64,000 bases of DNA from Vicinamibacteria bacterium (GCA_963763095.1 CAVXNR010000003.1:815-64814), one strand, 5' to 3'; positions 10,536 to 20,148 are shown, counted from the first letter of the stretch. Made by a program: numbers and translations. The notes: generated by a model not told the origin, from the sequence alone.

Positions 10536-10964
10536 AGCTGGCGCCACCTATCGCCGGCCGCGCCGGGCGAGCGATGAAGGCAGGGGCCGCTGAACGTCAG
10601 AGCCCGACGGCGTTACCCGCACCGCTGGACCTCCCTCGTTATGGCGCTCTATCTTTCGGCCTTGCCCGGTCGGCTCGTCGCCCGCACATTGGTGTGGGGG
10701 ATGGGGGCGAAGACCATGGACCGTGATGACGATGAGGCCGCTCGCGACCTACCGGACGACCGGCATTTGGATTTGCTGGGGACCGTTTCGATCTTGGCCC
10801 TGGTGGCCTCCGCTTTGGCTGTGTGGTTGCTCTGACGCCTGGGCTATTGGGAGAAGTCGGACGAGTTGCAGGCGCAGCAGAGGAACAGACGGGTCGCGAC
10901 CGTCAATCCCGGACGCGAGGCGGTCTCAGGGCGCACTAAGGAGGGGCTGAGCATGGCCAGGAGC

Positions 10965-11224
10965 CGGCGCTCAGGCGGTCTGGTAAGGGCGGTGCGCCGC
11001 TCCGGGCGGCCATTGCGAGGAACGCGGACCGGCATGCCCAGGACCTCGCGCCGGTGGTGGAGTGTATCCGCTCGTGCGGCGCGACCAGTCTCAGAGCGAT
11101 CGCGGCGGAACTGAACGCCCGAGGCATGCTGACCCGGCGCGGCGACCGTTGGCACGTCTCCACGGTGACGAACCTGCTCGACCGGCTGGGGCTCGGGGGG
11201 GCGGCATGCGCCAGTCCCGGCTGA
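10965..11224 (+). pseudogene. 5'-truncated serine-recombinase C-terminal fragment (paralog of 8240-8499)
   Basis: In-frame ...GKGGAPLRAAIARNADRHAQDLAPVVECIRSCGATSLRAIAAELNARGMLTRRGDRWHVSTV. About 75-80% nucleotide similarity by eye to 8240-8499. No catalytic domain. Confidence 0.7.
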
Positions 11225-11382
11225 TGTCGCTGGTCGAGGCGATGGCCAACATGTCGTCAGCATGCTCGTCGCGGTCGCAAGCCAGATCAAGGGGTGGCGA
11301 AAACTGGTAGTGGGTCAGTTTGAATTAGGGAAGCCGTAACGCGGCGTTTGAAAGGTAGCCGGCGCGGCGCCATATACGAGGC

Positions 11383-11562
11383 ATGACGGCGCAGGATCAC
11401 TTCTCCATAAAGCTGAAATGTCCATCTTGCGGGAAAGTGGGTACAGCGAAGCTGTCTCACGCGAACGTGGACTTCCTGCCAGAGGGTTTCCATGTCGGAG
11501 CGGGAGGGGGCGCTCGCGTGTCGCTGTATTGCTCAAGATGCAATGTCCCGGCAAAGGCATGA
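11383..11562 (+). CDS. 59-aa zinc-ribbon protein (below the 60-aa track cutoff)
   Basis: ATG ORF MTAQDHFSIKLKCPSCGKVGTAKLSH...LYCSRCNVPAKA with two CxxC pairs, in a lower-GC patch. Confidence 0.4.
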   Translation: MTAQDHFSIKLKCPSCGKVGTAKLSHANVDFLPEGFHVGAGGGARVSLYCSRCNVPAKA

Positions 11563-11787
11563 CCAACTGACAGAAACGCACGCGTGACGCCAACAGGATC
11601 GCAAAGCAGATCGTTGAGTTGGCTACGGGCGATGCTCAGGAGCCTAAGCCGAGCGCTCAGCACGCTCGCGCGGGATCGATTGGCGGACGGGCACGCTCAG
11701 AGCGCCTGAGCGCCGAGCGGCGTGAGCAAATCGCCAAGGACGCCGCTAATCGTCGGTGGGCAAAAGGCGCTGTCTGTCATCCGGCAA

Positions 11788-11990
11788 TGCGGTAGACCAG
11801 GCCGAGTTGACGGTCACCCGAGCCGCCTCTTCAGCGCTCCGGCGAAGGCGCCGCGCACCGTGGGCGGCTGCCTGCCGGTCGTCGCGACCATCTCGTCGAT
11901 CGTCGCGCCCTCGGCGCGGCCGAGCATGCCGATCAGCAGCGCCTGCTTCGCGCCCTCGCAACTGCCGAGGGGTGCTACTGAATTATCGCT
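11788..11990 (-). pseudogene. DUF3489 C-terminal remnant
   Basis: Encodes ...KQALLIGMLGRAEGATIDEMVATTGRQPPTVRGAFAGALKRRLG. About 85% nucleotide identity by eye to 19470-19640. 5'-truncated with a degenerate end. Confidence 0.6.
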
Positions 11991-12044
11991 TTCCGATCAC
12001 CGGGCGCAACGCTACTGAAACACCGTGCGAGGGGGAATCAGCCA

Positions 12045-12617
12045 ATGGCGCGACGCTTCGTTCTCGCACTTCTCCTCGTGCCGCAGCGTGCCTTGGCGCA
12101 CAGCGCCATGGAGACCGACGTAGCGGCGCACACTGCCCCAATTCTCGCTGGCATGATCCATCCGATCCTGCATCCGACACATCTCCTCGCCGCCATCACC
12201 GTCGGTCTTCTCGCCGCGGTGTCCGGGGGCACCGCCCGCTGGGCCTATCCGGCAAGTTCATTCGGTGCGTTGATGCTGGGCGCGGTCATCGGGTTTTCTT
12301 CGCCACTCTCCCACCCCGTTGTGGCAGCGCTGGGGCTCGCCGTCGGCCTTGCCGTTCTGTCGCTCCTTGCGCGCTCTTCGCTGGTCGGCTTCTGCGCCGC
12401 GCTCGCGCTCTTGGGAGCCGGCCATGGCTATAGCCATGGGCTTGAAGTTCGCGCGCTCGGCAGCCCGCTCTTTGGCGTTGGCGTCCTCGCAATGATCGTG
12501 CTCCTGCAAGCCAACGGGTTCGTGCTCGGCTTCGCTCTTGGGACGCTCAGACCCGGAATCATCAGGGCCGTTGCAGCCCTGACGTTGCTCACAGGTCTGG
12601 TGGTGGTCGTTGCTTAG
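12045..12617 (+). CDS. HupE/UreJ family metal (Ni/Co) transporter
   Basis: 190 aa, signal peptide, multi-TM, with the signature-like GMIHPILHPTHLLAAITVGLLA. Confidence 0.8.
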   Translation: MARRFVLALLLVPQRALAHSAMETDVAAHTAPILAGMIHPILHPTHLLAAITVGLLAAVSGGTARWAYPASSFGALMLGAVIGFSSPLSHPVVAALGLAVGLAVLSLLARSSLVGFCAALALLGAGHGYSHGLEVRALGSPLFGVGVLAMIVLLQANGFVLGFALGTLRPGIIRAVAALTLLTGLVVVVA

Positions 12618-13534
12618 AGCCTGTCCGAGAAGCCGCTGAGAGGGGTTGAGCAGCCGCCGTTGGCCTGACTCACCGTTGTTCCTGGCAAGAGACGACGGGG
12701 GATCGAATGGCGTGGACGGCGGCCACCCGGGGCGACTATGTGCGCGCGAGCGGGAGCTATGCAAGCGATGTGACGGATCGGGAATGGGCGCTGATTGCGC
12801 CGCTCTTCCCGGCAGCTCGGCCCGGCGGGCGACCGCGAACGACCTGCCTGCGGCGGGTGGTGGACGCGATCTTCTACCTGCTGCAGGCCGGTTGCCAGTG
12901 GCGGATGCTGCCGAGGGACTTCCCGCCCCGCAGCACGGTCTACGGCTACTTCCGGGCGTGGATCGCGGCCGGGGTCTGGGCGCACGTCCACGACGTGCTC
13001 TATCGCCGGACCCGGGAGCTGGAGGGCCGCGACGAGAGCCCGACCGCGGCGATCATCGACAGCCAAAGCGTCAGAACCGGCGCGGAAGCCCGCGAAATGG
13101 TCGGATACGACGCCGGAAAGCGGGTCAAGGGCAGCAAGCAGCATCTGGTCACCGACACCCTCGGCCTGATGCTGCGCATCGAGGTCCATTCCGCCAGCGT
13201 GCAGGATCGCGACGGCGCGGCCCTGGTCCTCGACCGGATCACCCGGCGCTTCCCCTTCCTCGAGCGCACCTTCTCGGACGCCGGCTACCAGGGGCCGCGC
13301 GTCGCCGCCGCCGCCCCGCGTCCCGTCGAGATCATCAAGCGCACCGACACCGGGTTCGTCGTGCAGCCGACGCGCTGGGTCATCGAGCGCACCTTCACCT
13401 GGGCCTGCATCAACCGCCGCCTCGCCCGTGACGTCGAGCGCTTCGCCGAGACCGTGAAGGCGCTCTTCCAGATCGCCATGATCAAGCTGATGATCCGCCG
13501 CATCGCCCGCTTCAGGGACTTCTGAGTCAAACTC
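12617..13534 (+). mobile_element. IS5-family insertion sequence (IS427/IS1031-like), 918 bp, TTA target duplication
   Basis: Terminal inverted repeats GAGCCTGTCCGAGAAG (12617) and GAGTTTGACTCAGAAG (reverse complement, ending 13534), flanked by TTA at 12614-12616 and 13535-13537. Confidence 0.9.
12707..13525 (+). CDS. IS5-family DDE transposase
   Basis: Intact 272 aa. Contains LTDREW-like DVTDREWALIAPLFP, DAIFYLLQAGCQWRMLP, IIDSQSV, FSDAGYQG and ERTFTWACINRRLARDVER. Confidence 0.9.
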   Translation: MAWTAATRGDYVRASGSYASDVTDREWALIAPLFPAARPGGRPRTTCLRRVVDAIFYLLQAGCQWRMLPRDFPPRSTVYGYFRAWIAAGVWAHVHDVLYRRTRELEGRDESPTAAIIDSQSVRTGAEAREMVGYDAGKRVKGSKQHLVTDTLGLMLRIEVHSASVQDRDGAALVLDRITRRFPFLERTFSDAGYQGPRVAAAAPRPVEIIKRTDTGFVVQPTRWVIERTFTWACINRRLARDVERFAETVKALFQIAMIKLMIRRIARFRDF

Positions 13535-14011
13535 TTAGTGTGTGGGAGCGTCGGACGGGTGGACATAAGTGATGCCGCCCGGATCACTCACCTGAACGTC
13601 GATGATCCCCCCTTCGTCACCGGTCCAGACGTAGTGGTTGCCGCCGGCCTCAAGTGCGAAGAAGGCACCTGGTTCCAGCCACGGCCCACTCTTGTCGACC
13701 GTGTCCCCAAAACCGAACCCCACTTTGCCGCTGATCAGCCACACTGCCTCGGCGTTGGGGTGTGAATGCGGCGGAACGACATAGTTGGGGGGGAATTTTA
13801 CGCGCACGACGCTCCAATCGCCCGCCGACGCGAGCACAGCGGCCTGAGCACCAGGGGGAAGGACGTCTATGGGTGCCCACTTGAGCTCAGACGAATCGGT
13901 GGTCAGGACCGGCGTCCGTTTCGCCTCCTTCTGAGCTGCCCAGGCCGGCGCAATGAGAGCAGCGCAAACAGCGACAGTCCCTGCCAACGTACAGATTGTT
14001 CGGGTTCGCAT
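13535..14011 (-). CDS. secreted cupin-domain protein
   Basis: Start MRTRTICTLAGTVAVCAALIAPAWA after GGAGGAAG. Cupin motif PPHSHPNAEAVWLISGKV. Confidence 0.8.
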   Translation of the reverse strand: MRTRTICTLAGTVAVCAALIAPAWAAQKEAKRTPVLTTDSSELKWAPIDVLPPGAQAAVLASAGDWSVVRVKFPPNYVVPPHSHPNAEAVWLISGKVGFGFGDTVDKSGPWLEPGAFFALEAGGNHYVWTGDEGGIIDVQVSDPGGITYVHPSDAPTH

Positions 14012-14063
14012 GACTTCCTCCTTTGAGTGTTGACGATGGGTGGTGGCGCCGCTGCCAGCCCGA

Positions 14064-14279
14064 TCAGATTGAGGAAACGCCTTTGGCGACGAGCCCGCAG
14101 CGCCAGCGCATGACTGTCCAGTGCGGATGGCTCTCCTTCCATCGGGCAACCTCGACCTGGCCCATAGCGACACAAGTTATCAGCGACACCTCGCGGGCGT
14201 CGTAGAGCAGCGCGACGTCGCGGCACGCGCCATGGGCCAGGCAGGCGACGATCAGGAGCTGGATCAACGGACGACCCAC
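14064..14279 (-). CDS. small hypothetical protein
   Basis: 71-aa ORF with a hydrophobic N-terminus, wedged between two same-strand genes. No motif recognised. Confidence 0.3.
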   Translation of the reverse strand: MGRPLIQLLIVACLAHGACRDVALLYDAREVSLITCVAMGQVEVARWKESHPHWTVMRWRCGLVAKGVSSI

Positions 14280-14611
14280 ACATCCGCCGTGTCGCCCGCT
14301 TGGTCCGCCGGTTCGCTCACCAGGAGCGCGTCGCCGATGCGTACCACCTCGAATTCAATGGAGGGCTCGCCAACGCCCTGGGGCACCGAGATCAGCATGC
14401 AGTGCCCGACGAACCGGATCGGCGAGTCCTCCGGCCCGGACGCCAGGGTCGCGACCACCCGGTAGTCGTCCTCCTCCGTGGTGTAATAGACGGCGCCGGT
14501 GAAGCCACCAAGGTGAATGCTGTGGCCCGTCGCCGGCGCCAGTGCCCCGGCGGCGGCAAAACCCGTCGGGGCGAGGCAGGCCACTGCGAACACGGTAAAA
14601 TGCCAGGTCAT
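14264..14611 (-). CDS. secreted hypothetical protein
   Basis: The internal start MTWHFTVFAVACLAPTGFAAAGA looks like a signal peptide. 115 aa. Confidence 0.5.
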   Translation of the reverse strand: MTWHFTVFAVACLAPTGFAAAGALAPATGHSIHLGGFTGAVYYTTEEDDYRVVATLASGPEDSPIRFVGHCMLISVPQGVGEPSIEFEVVRIGDALLVSEPADQAGDTADVWVVR

Positions 14612-14761
14612 CGCGGTTCTCTTGCAAATCCGCGGGCCCGGAAGCATCGGGACGGCGAACCCCCACACCCGCACGGCCAGTGTGCGCGCCGGGGCGCGCG
14701 CGGTCATCGGTGCGGCTACCCAATTTTCAGGCGACGCTCACCCAAGTTTGGCGGTCACCGC

Positions 14762-17482
14762 CTAATTTTGCTGAGGTTGCAGCCCCTCGGGGGGAGCGAG
14801 CAGCCACGGCTCGCTGCGTAGGCGCAGGAGGACTTCCATCCGATTCGCGGCGTTAAGCTTGCTTAGCACGGAGGAAATCTGGTGCTCGATGGTGCGCCGC
14901 GAGCGCGACAGGCGGCGGGCGACCTCCTTGTTGCACATGCCCTGCGCCACCAGCGCGAGTACCTGTTGCTCATGCTGCGTCAGGCCGAGCGGATGGCGTT
15001 GGGCGTCCTTATAGGGCCCCCGACGCAACTTGGGCAGCGCGTCCGCGACCCCGATCCTCTGCGCCAGCCTGCGTGCTAGCATCGCAGCGGGCCGCGCCTC
15101 GATCTCCTCGAGCATCGTGACCGCGCGCGCCAGCGCCGCCCCCGCGTCGGCCTTGCCGGCCTGGGTCAAGGCGAGCGCCGCCTCATAGGGAACGCCGAGG
15201 GCTGACCACTCCTCCGCAGCCGCCAAGGGATCGCCGCGCAGCTCCGCGGACCGCGGCGACGGAATCCGCGCCATCGACACCGCCGGCGGCCACACCATCT
15301 CGCATCGCCTCCACCAGACCGCGAACTCGCCGGCGTCCCAGAGGCTGAAGTGGTCAAGGTCCATCCCCGCGAGGGCGCTAAGTTGTGCCTGCGCGCCTGC
15401 GACGTCCTCGGAGAGCCAGGCAGCCTCGACCAGCGCCAAGCGCACTGGCACGATGCGCTGGAGCTCGCCCGTCTCCAACCCTTCCCGTAGCGCCTGCTGC
15501 AGGAGCGTCTCGGCGCCGGGCTCGCCCAAACGTACGCGCACCCTTCCGAGCACGGTCAGCGCCGGCAGGTGCATGACCATGGGCAATCGCTCCAGGCCCA
15601 TGACGCCGGCCGCGATGGTCTCTGCCTCGCGGAAGCGGCCCTGCTCCATGCGGAGCTGCGCCTGCCAGCCGGTTAGGTACTGCGCCGCCGAATCCAGATC
15701 GTGCCGGACAGCGAATGCAATTCCCTCGGATAGGAGACGCTCGGCCAAGCCGAAGTCCTGGAATAGAACCGCGTATTCGGCGAAGTTGGTGTACGCCCGC
15801 GCGGCGTGATCGTGAAAGCCGTGCTCGAGCGCCAGGGCGAGACTTTCCTCCATCGGTTCGCGGCCGCCTGCGCGATCGGAAAAAAGCAGCGAGATGCCGA
15901 CGTTGTTCAGAGCATGCACGCGCGTCTTGACCTCGCCCAAGCGATCGGCGAGCGCGATCGCCCGCTGTCCCCACTCGATTGCCTCATCAAAGCGATAGTG
16001 CAGCATCTGCAACTGAGAGCGAACGCTGTAGGCCATCGCCAGCTCCGGCCCCGGAGGCTGACGTTCCAGCTCACGGACCGCCTCGTCCGCGAATTGCTCC
16101 GCGCGGTCGGCCTCGCCTCGGCGCCAGTGCAGCCGCGAGAGCCAGCGCAGATTCAGGCCGACCTTGTCGATGCGCCCGAGTTCCCGCCAGATCGCGATGG
16201 CGCGGTGGCGGGCTGCGATGACCTCGTCGTAGTTGTAGAGTACCAGCCCGGCCTCGTAGGCCCAGTCCTCGTGCAACTGCGCCGCGAGCGCCGGCGGCGC
16301 CTGCGTGACGTACTTCAGCGCCGTCTCCAGATGCGCAGTCGCCTGCTGGTGCGCCCCCAGCCGCGCGGCCTGCGCAGCGGCCTGGGGCGCCAGTGCCAGC
16401 ACCGACCGTGCATCCTCGGCCCCGGCGGCGTGATGCACCCGGCGTGACAGCATGCCACCGCCGGCGCGCTCCGCGCGCAACGTGCGGATCGCCCGCTCGG
16501 CCCTGGCATGAAGCGACCGCTGCGCAGTAGGCGGCAACCGCTCAAGTGTCGCCAGCCGGGCGAGTTCGTGACGGAACGTCACGGCGCCCTGAGCCCCGGA
16601 CCGGAGAAGCCCGTATGTGATGCATCGGTCGACCAGCGCGTCGGCCTCGCCGCCGAGCAGCGCCCGCACCAGCCAGGGTTCCGCACTCCCCGGCACGATG
16701 CTTAGCGTTTCCAGCACCCTCCGCTCGTCCGGGGAAAGCCGAGATAGCCGCGACCACACGGCGTCGCGGACGGAGTCCGGGATGCGTCCGGGCGCGCGCT
16801 CCCTGCTCGCTAGGAGTTCAGTGACGAAGAACGGGTTGCCCTCGGTGATGCGATACAGGTCGGCCCCGGCGCACCCCACCTCCCGCGCCAGCGCCACCAC
16901 CGCGTCGGCCGACAATGGGCTGAGGGCGACGCGGTTCACCGTTGCCGACGGCAGGTCGCCGACAACGTGCGTCAGGGGATGATCGGCGCCGACTTCCTCA
17001 CTCCGCACGCTGAGCACGAGCATCGCGCGGACCAGCGCGACGCGACGGCCGAGGTATTTTATGAGATCAAGTGTCGCATTGTCGGCCCAGTGCACGTCCT
17101 CAAAGACGAGCACGGTCGGCCGCTCCACGTGCTGCAGCGCGTTCAGCAACGTCGGAAATAACCGCTCCGGCTCGGCCGTCTGCTCAAGAAGCGCCGCGAT
17201 CTGCGGGTCGAGCGCCTGAGCCATGTCTTGAAGGGGCCCGAGCGGACGGGGCGTGAAGAGCGCTTCGCACCAGCCCCAGAGCACCCGGCAACTCTTGTCG
17301 GCATGAACCGCGAACTCGCGCAGCAGAGAGGTCTTGCCGATGCCAGCCTCTCCTTCGAGTAGCACCGTGCCACCCCGCCCCGCCGCGGCGTTCCGCGCCG
17401 TCGCGAGCAGCTCGTTGAGCGGACCGTCGCGCTCAAGCAGCATCCGCGTCATCGCCAGCTCCACCAGTACAGTATATCGCAA
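14762..17482 (-). CDS. LuxR-family regulator with N-terminal AAA ATPase and TPR region (MalT/LAL-like)
   Basis: Intact 906 aa. Walker A GEAGIGKTSLL, a long helical-repeat middle, and C-terminal LTQHEQQVLALVAQGMCNKEVARRLSRSRRTIEHQISSVLSKL. The start may be M11 (17452). Confidence 0.9.
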   Translation of the reverse strand: MRYTVLVELAMTRMLLERDGPLNELLATARNAAAGRGGTVLLEGEAGIGKTSLLREFAVHADKSCRVLWGWCEALFTPRPLGPLQDMAQALDPQIAALLEQTAEPERLFPTLLNALQHVERPTVLVFEDVHWADNATLDLIKYLGRRVALVRAMLVLSVRSEEVGADHPLTHVVGDLPSATVNRVALSPLSADAVVALAREVGCAGADLYRITEGNPFFVTELLASRERAPGRIPDSVRDAVWSRLSRLSPDERRVLETLSIVPGSAEPWLVRALLGGEADALVDRCITYGLLRSGAQGAVTFRHELARLATLERLPPTAQRSLHARAERAIRTLRAERAGGGMLSRRVHHAAGAEDARSVLALAPQAAAQAARLGAHQQATAHLETALKYVTQAPPALAAQLHEDWAYEAGLVLYNYDEVIAARHRAIAIWRELGRIDKVGLNLRWLSRLHWRRGEADRAEQFADEAVRELERQPPGPELAMAYSVRSQLQMLHYRFDEAIEWGQRAIALADRLGEVKTRVHALNNVGISLLFSDRAGGREPMEESLALALEHGFHDHAARAYTNFAEYAVLFQDFGLAERLLSEGIAFAVRHDLDSAAQYLTGWQAQLRMEQGRFREAETIAAGVMGLERLPMVMHLPALTVLGRVRVRLGEPGAETLLQQALREGLETGELQRIVPVRLALVEAAWLSEDVAGAQAQLSALAGMDLDHFSLWDAGEFAVWWRRCEMVWPPAVSMARIPSPRSAELRGDPLAAAEEWSALGVPYEAALALTQAGKADAGAALARAVTMLEEIEARPAAMLARRLAQRIGVADALPKLRRGPYKDAQRHPLGLTQHEQQVLALVAQGMCNKEVARRLSRSRRTIEHQISSVLSKLNAANRMEVLLRLRSEPWLLAPPEGLQPQQN

Positions 17483-17506
17483 CTAGGCGAGCTTTCCACG
17501 GTCTAA

Positions 17507-17888
17507 GAGTCTGACTCAAAAGTCCCGGTAGCGTGCGATCCGACGGGTCATGAGCTTGATCATGGCGATCTGGAAGAGTGCCTTCACGGTCTAGGCGAAG
17601 CGCTCGACGTCGCGGGCGAGGCGGCGGTTGATGCAGGCCCAGGCGAAGGTGCGCTCGATGACCCAGGTAGAAGATCGCGTCCGCCACCCGCCGCAGGCAG
17701 GTCGTTCGCGGTCGCCCGCCCAGCCGCGCTGCCGGGAGCAATGGCGCGATTCCGCTCGGGCGCACATAGTCGCCCCGGGTGGCCGTCGTCCATGCCATCC
17801 GATCCCCCGTCGTCTCTTGCCAGAAACCACGGTGAATCAGGCCGGCGGCGGCTGCTCAACCTCTCTTAGCCACTTCTCGGACAGGCTC
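17507..17888 (-). mobile_element. internally deleted copy of the IS5-family element (MITE-like, 382 bp)
   Basis: Both terminal repeats are present (GAGTCTGACTCAAAAG at 17507; GAGCCTGTCCGAGAAG reverse complement ending 17888). The transposase is reduced to MAWTTATRGDYVRP...DAIFYL joined to ...ACINRRLARDVERFA. Inverted relative to the full copy. Confidence 0.85.
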
Positions 17889-18251
17889 TGAGTATCAATC
17901 ACTGACCAGTTCGCCATATCGCGCAGAACTACGCCTAGCTAATGGACGGGCTACCTTTTAGGCATTTTCAACCAGGCAGTTCGAAGGGCTTTGGGCTACG
18001 CCGGTCGCCATATGGGGGTGTCCCCTTCGGCAGCAGGTAAATAGTTGTCGACGATGCCGAGAAAACCGCCGAAGTTCGTCACCGCGTACGGCGACCTGCC
18101 CGCTGATCTTGTCGACCATGACGCTGCAGACACTGCCATTCCATTCCTCCGAAGGATTGATCCAGCGGTGCAACGCCAGCTGGGAAAACCATTTGACGCT
18201 GGCCGCCCGGAAGCCGCGAGCAAAGAAGGCGGCGGGGCGACCCGGCGTCGC

Positions 18252-18482
18252 CTATTCGATGAGGGAGGCCAGCGCCGCTTTGCGGTCGGCTGGTCTTAGC
18301 TTCAGGAACAGCATCCGCGCCTGCTTGATGTCGCGGTCGGTGCCGGTCTCTGCCGCCTGCCGGAGGGCGACTACGACCGGATCGTCCAGTCTCCCGATGA
18401 AAGCCAGGGCTTTCGCCAAGCGTCCCATGGTCTCGCGGTCGATCTTGGTCTCTTCCATTCTCGGGTTCCCTCGCGCGCTCAT
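18252..18482 (-). CDS. small hypothetical protein
   Basis: ORF MSARGNPRMEETKIDRETMGRLAKALAFIGRLDDPVVVALRQAAETG... No motif recognised. Confidence 0.35.
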   Translation of the reverse strand: MSARGNPRMEETKIDRETMGRLAKALAFIGRLDDPVVVALRQAAETGTDRDIKQARMLFLKLRPADRKAALASLIE

Positions 18483-18976
18483 GGATTCAGTTTGAAGGTC
18501 GGGGCAGCTGCGCAGTCTGGTTAAGCAGAATCGTCCGCTGGCAAACCGCACGAGGCGCTAAATCGTGACGGAGAGCTTTGCCCGGCAATAGAGCCCGCCA
18601 ACCCACGCCGCGCGCAGAACAGGCGTACTCCAGCCGGCCGAACAGTTCGACGTTGCCATACGGCCCCCAGGCCTAGGCCCGACCGGCAGGGGCCTCCACT
18701 GATTCGCCCTTGCGCCTTCGTGTACCGACGGCAGCGAACGCCGCGCCCGGCGCCGGCCTCGGTCTCCGCCTGCCTTCTGAGCTGTGCGCGGCCGGCCTGG
18801 CCGCGAGGATCGGACCGAGGGGTAAGGTAAGCAGACTGACGTTGGTCGCGCAGTTGCTCCGGACGCCGGGCCCGGTATGACGCCGCCCCTCAACAGGCGG
18901 AAGCCGCTTGGAGAACCTATGACGAAGGCGCTGGACGCGAGCAGCCAGCAGCCGCCCGCTCGCTTCCGCTGCGAGC

Positions 18977-19342
18977 TCACCGTCGCGACGGTGCACGGGT
19001 CAACGGCGGTGCCGACGACTGTCGCTGCTCGCGCAGGAGCGCGTCAAGCTCAAGCTGGCGATTGAATTTAAGCCGCTCAACGGCATGCAGCACGGGAAGC
19101 AAATCGACGAGCGCCGGGTCGTTCCGGTCGAAGACCCGCAGCGACATCTGCATCCGCTGAAGCCGTCGTTCCGCCTGCGCGAGGTTTGTCCTGGCGTGCG
19201 CGATACTATCGGCCAGGGATGCGTCAACCGAATGCCGAACACCCTCCCGCGCGGCCGGCATTGTGCTCCCGAGGTGCGAGTGGGCGGATTCAGGGACGCC
19301 CGCCCCCATTGCCTCGTGAACAGCCTCCTCCGTGTGATCCAT
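18977..19342 (-). CDS. hypothetical protein
   Basis: Start MDHTEEAVHE after GGGAG. 121 aa, helical-looking. Abuts the DUF3489 gene. Confidence 0.4.
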   Translation of the reverse strand: MDHTEEAVHEAMGAGVPESAHSHLGSTMPAAREGVRHSVDASLADSIAHARTNLAQAERRLQRMQMSLRVFDRNDPALVDLLPVLHAVERLKFNRQLELDALLREQRQSSAPPLTRAPSRR

Positions 19343-19429
19343 GATCCGCTCCCACCCCGGATTGATCCGCGAGCCCCTAACTCGCGGACCCCGAGCACCG
19401 TTCCGGCGATTGCGCAAGGAGCGGCCCAC

Positions 19430-20047
19430 TCAGCCAGCGATCCGGTAGACCCGACCGCGACCTTCGACCCTGTCGGAAACGATGGTCAGCCCGAGCCGCT
19501 TCTTCAGCGCGCCGGCGAAGGCGCCGCGCACCGTGTGTGGCTGCCAGCCGGTTGCCGCGACGATCTCGTCGATCGTGGCGCCCTCGGCGCGGCCGAGCAT
19601 GCCGACGAGCAGCGCCTGCTTGGTGCCCTCGCGGGTCTTGCCCCGCAGCGGCGCTGTGTGACTCGCTGCGGGGCCTTGGGCCGTCGCCGCGCCCAAGGGA
19701 CTCCGCGAGGCTGGTGAGTCTGTGTGGCCCGCTCCGGGCCGCTGCGGGGCCTCGGTCGCCTGCGACGCCCCCGGCTCGATGCCGAGCGCGTCGAGACCGG
19801 CCGGCGTGATCCGCAGCAGGATGCCGCGTCCGTCGTCGGCATTGCGCCAGAGCGTGTTGAGCGCGGGGTCGGCCTTGGCGGTGTTCTCCACGGTCTGCTC
19901 CTCGACCAGCCCGCGGGCGAGCAGCGCGGCGACCACCTTGGTCGCGGCACCGCCCCGCAGCGAGCCGGGCAAGGGCAGCAGGTTGCCGTCGGCGCGCTGC
20001 GCGGCGGCGGTCAGCAGGATCGACTGGGTGTCGGAAAGCTTCGGCAT
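19430..20047 (-). CDS. DUF3489 domain-containing protein
   Basis: MPKLSDTQSILLTAAAQRADGNLLPLP...TKQALLVGMLGRAEGATIDEIVAATGWQPHTVRGAFAGALKKRLGL. Start follows GGAGAA. Confidence 0.8.
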   Translation of the reverse strand: MPKLSDTQSILLTAAAQRADGNLLPLPGSLRGGAATKVVAALLARGLVEEQTVENTAKADPALNTLWRNADDGRGILLRITPAGLDALGIEPGASQATEAPQRPGAGHTDSPASRSPLGAATAQGPAASHTAPLRGKTREGTKQALLVGMLGRAEGATIDEIVAATGWQPHTVRGAFAGALKKRLGLTIVSDRVEGRGRVYRIAG

Positions 20048-20148
20048 CGGGGTTCTCCGGTCGGCAGGCCGGGACCATCCCGGCGCTGCTACCACCCCGA
20101 GCCGCGCGTCCCGCAGGAGCGCGGCGGTCCCGTCTGGAGGGGCAAGGA

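Noticed and set aside
12646-13431. Alternative-frame ORFs inside the IS5 element (12646..13431, 12795..13169, 12614..13189 minus) as extra IS genes.
   Set aside because: The 272-aa frame carries all the transposase motifs. The others are Arg/Pro-rich overlaps typical of GC-rich shadow frames.
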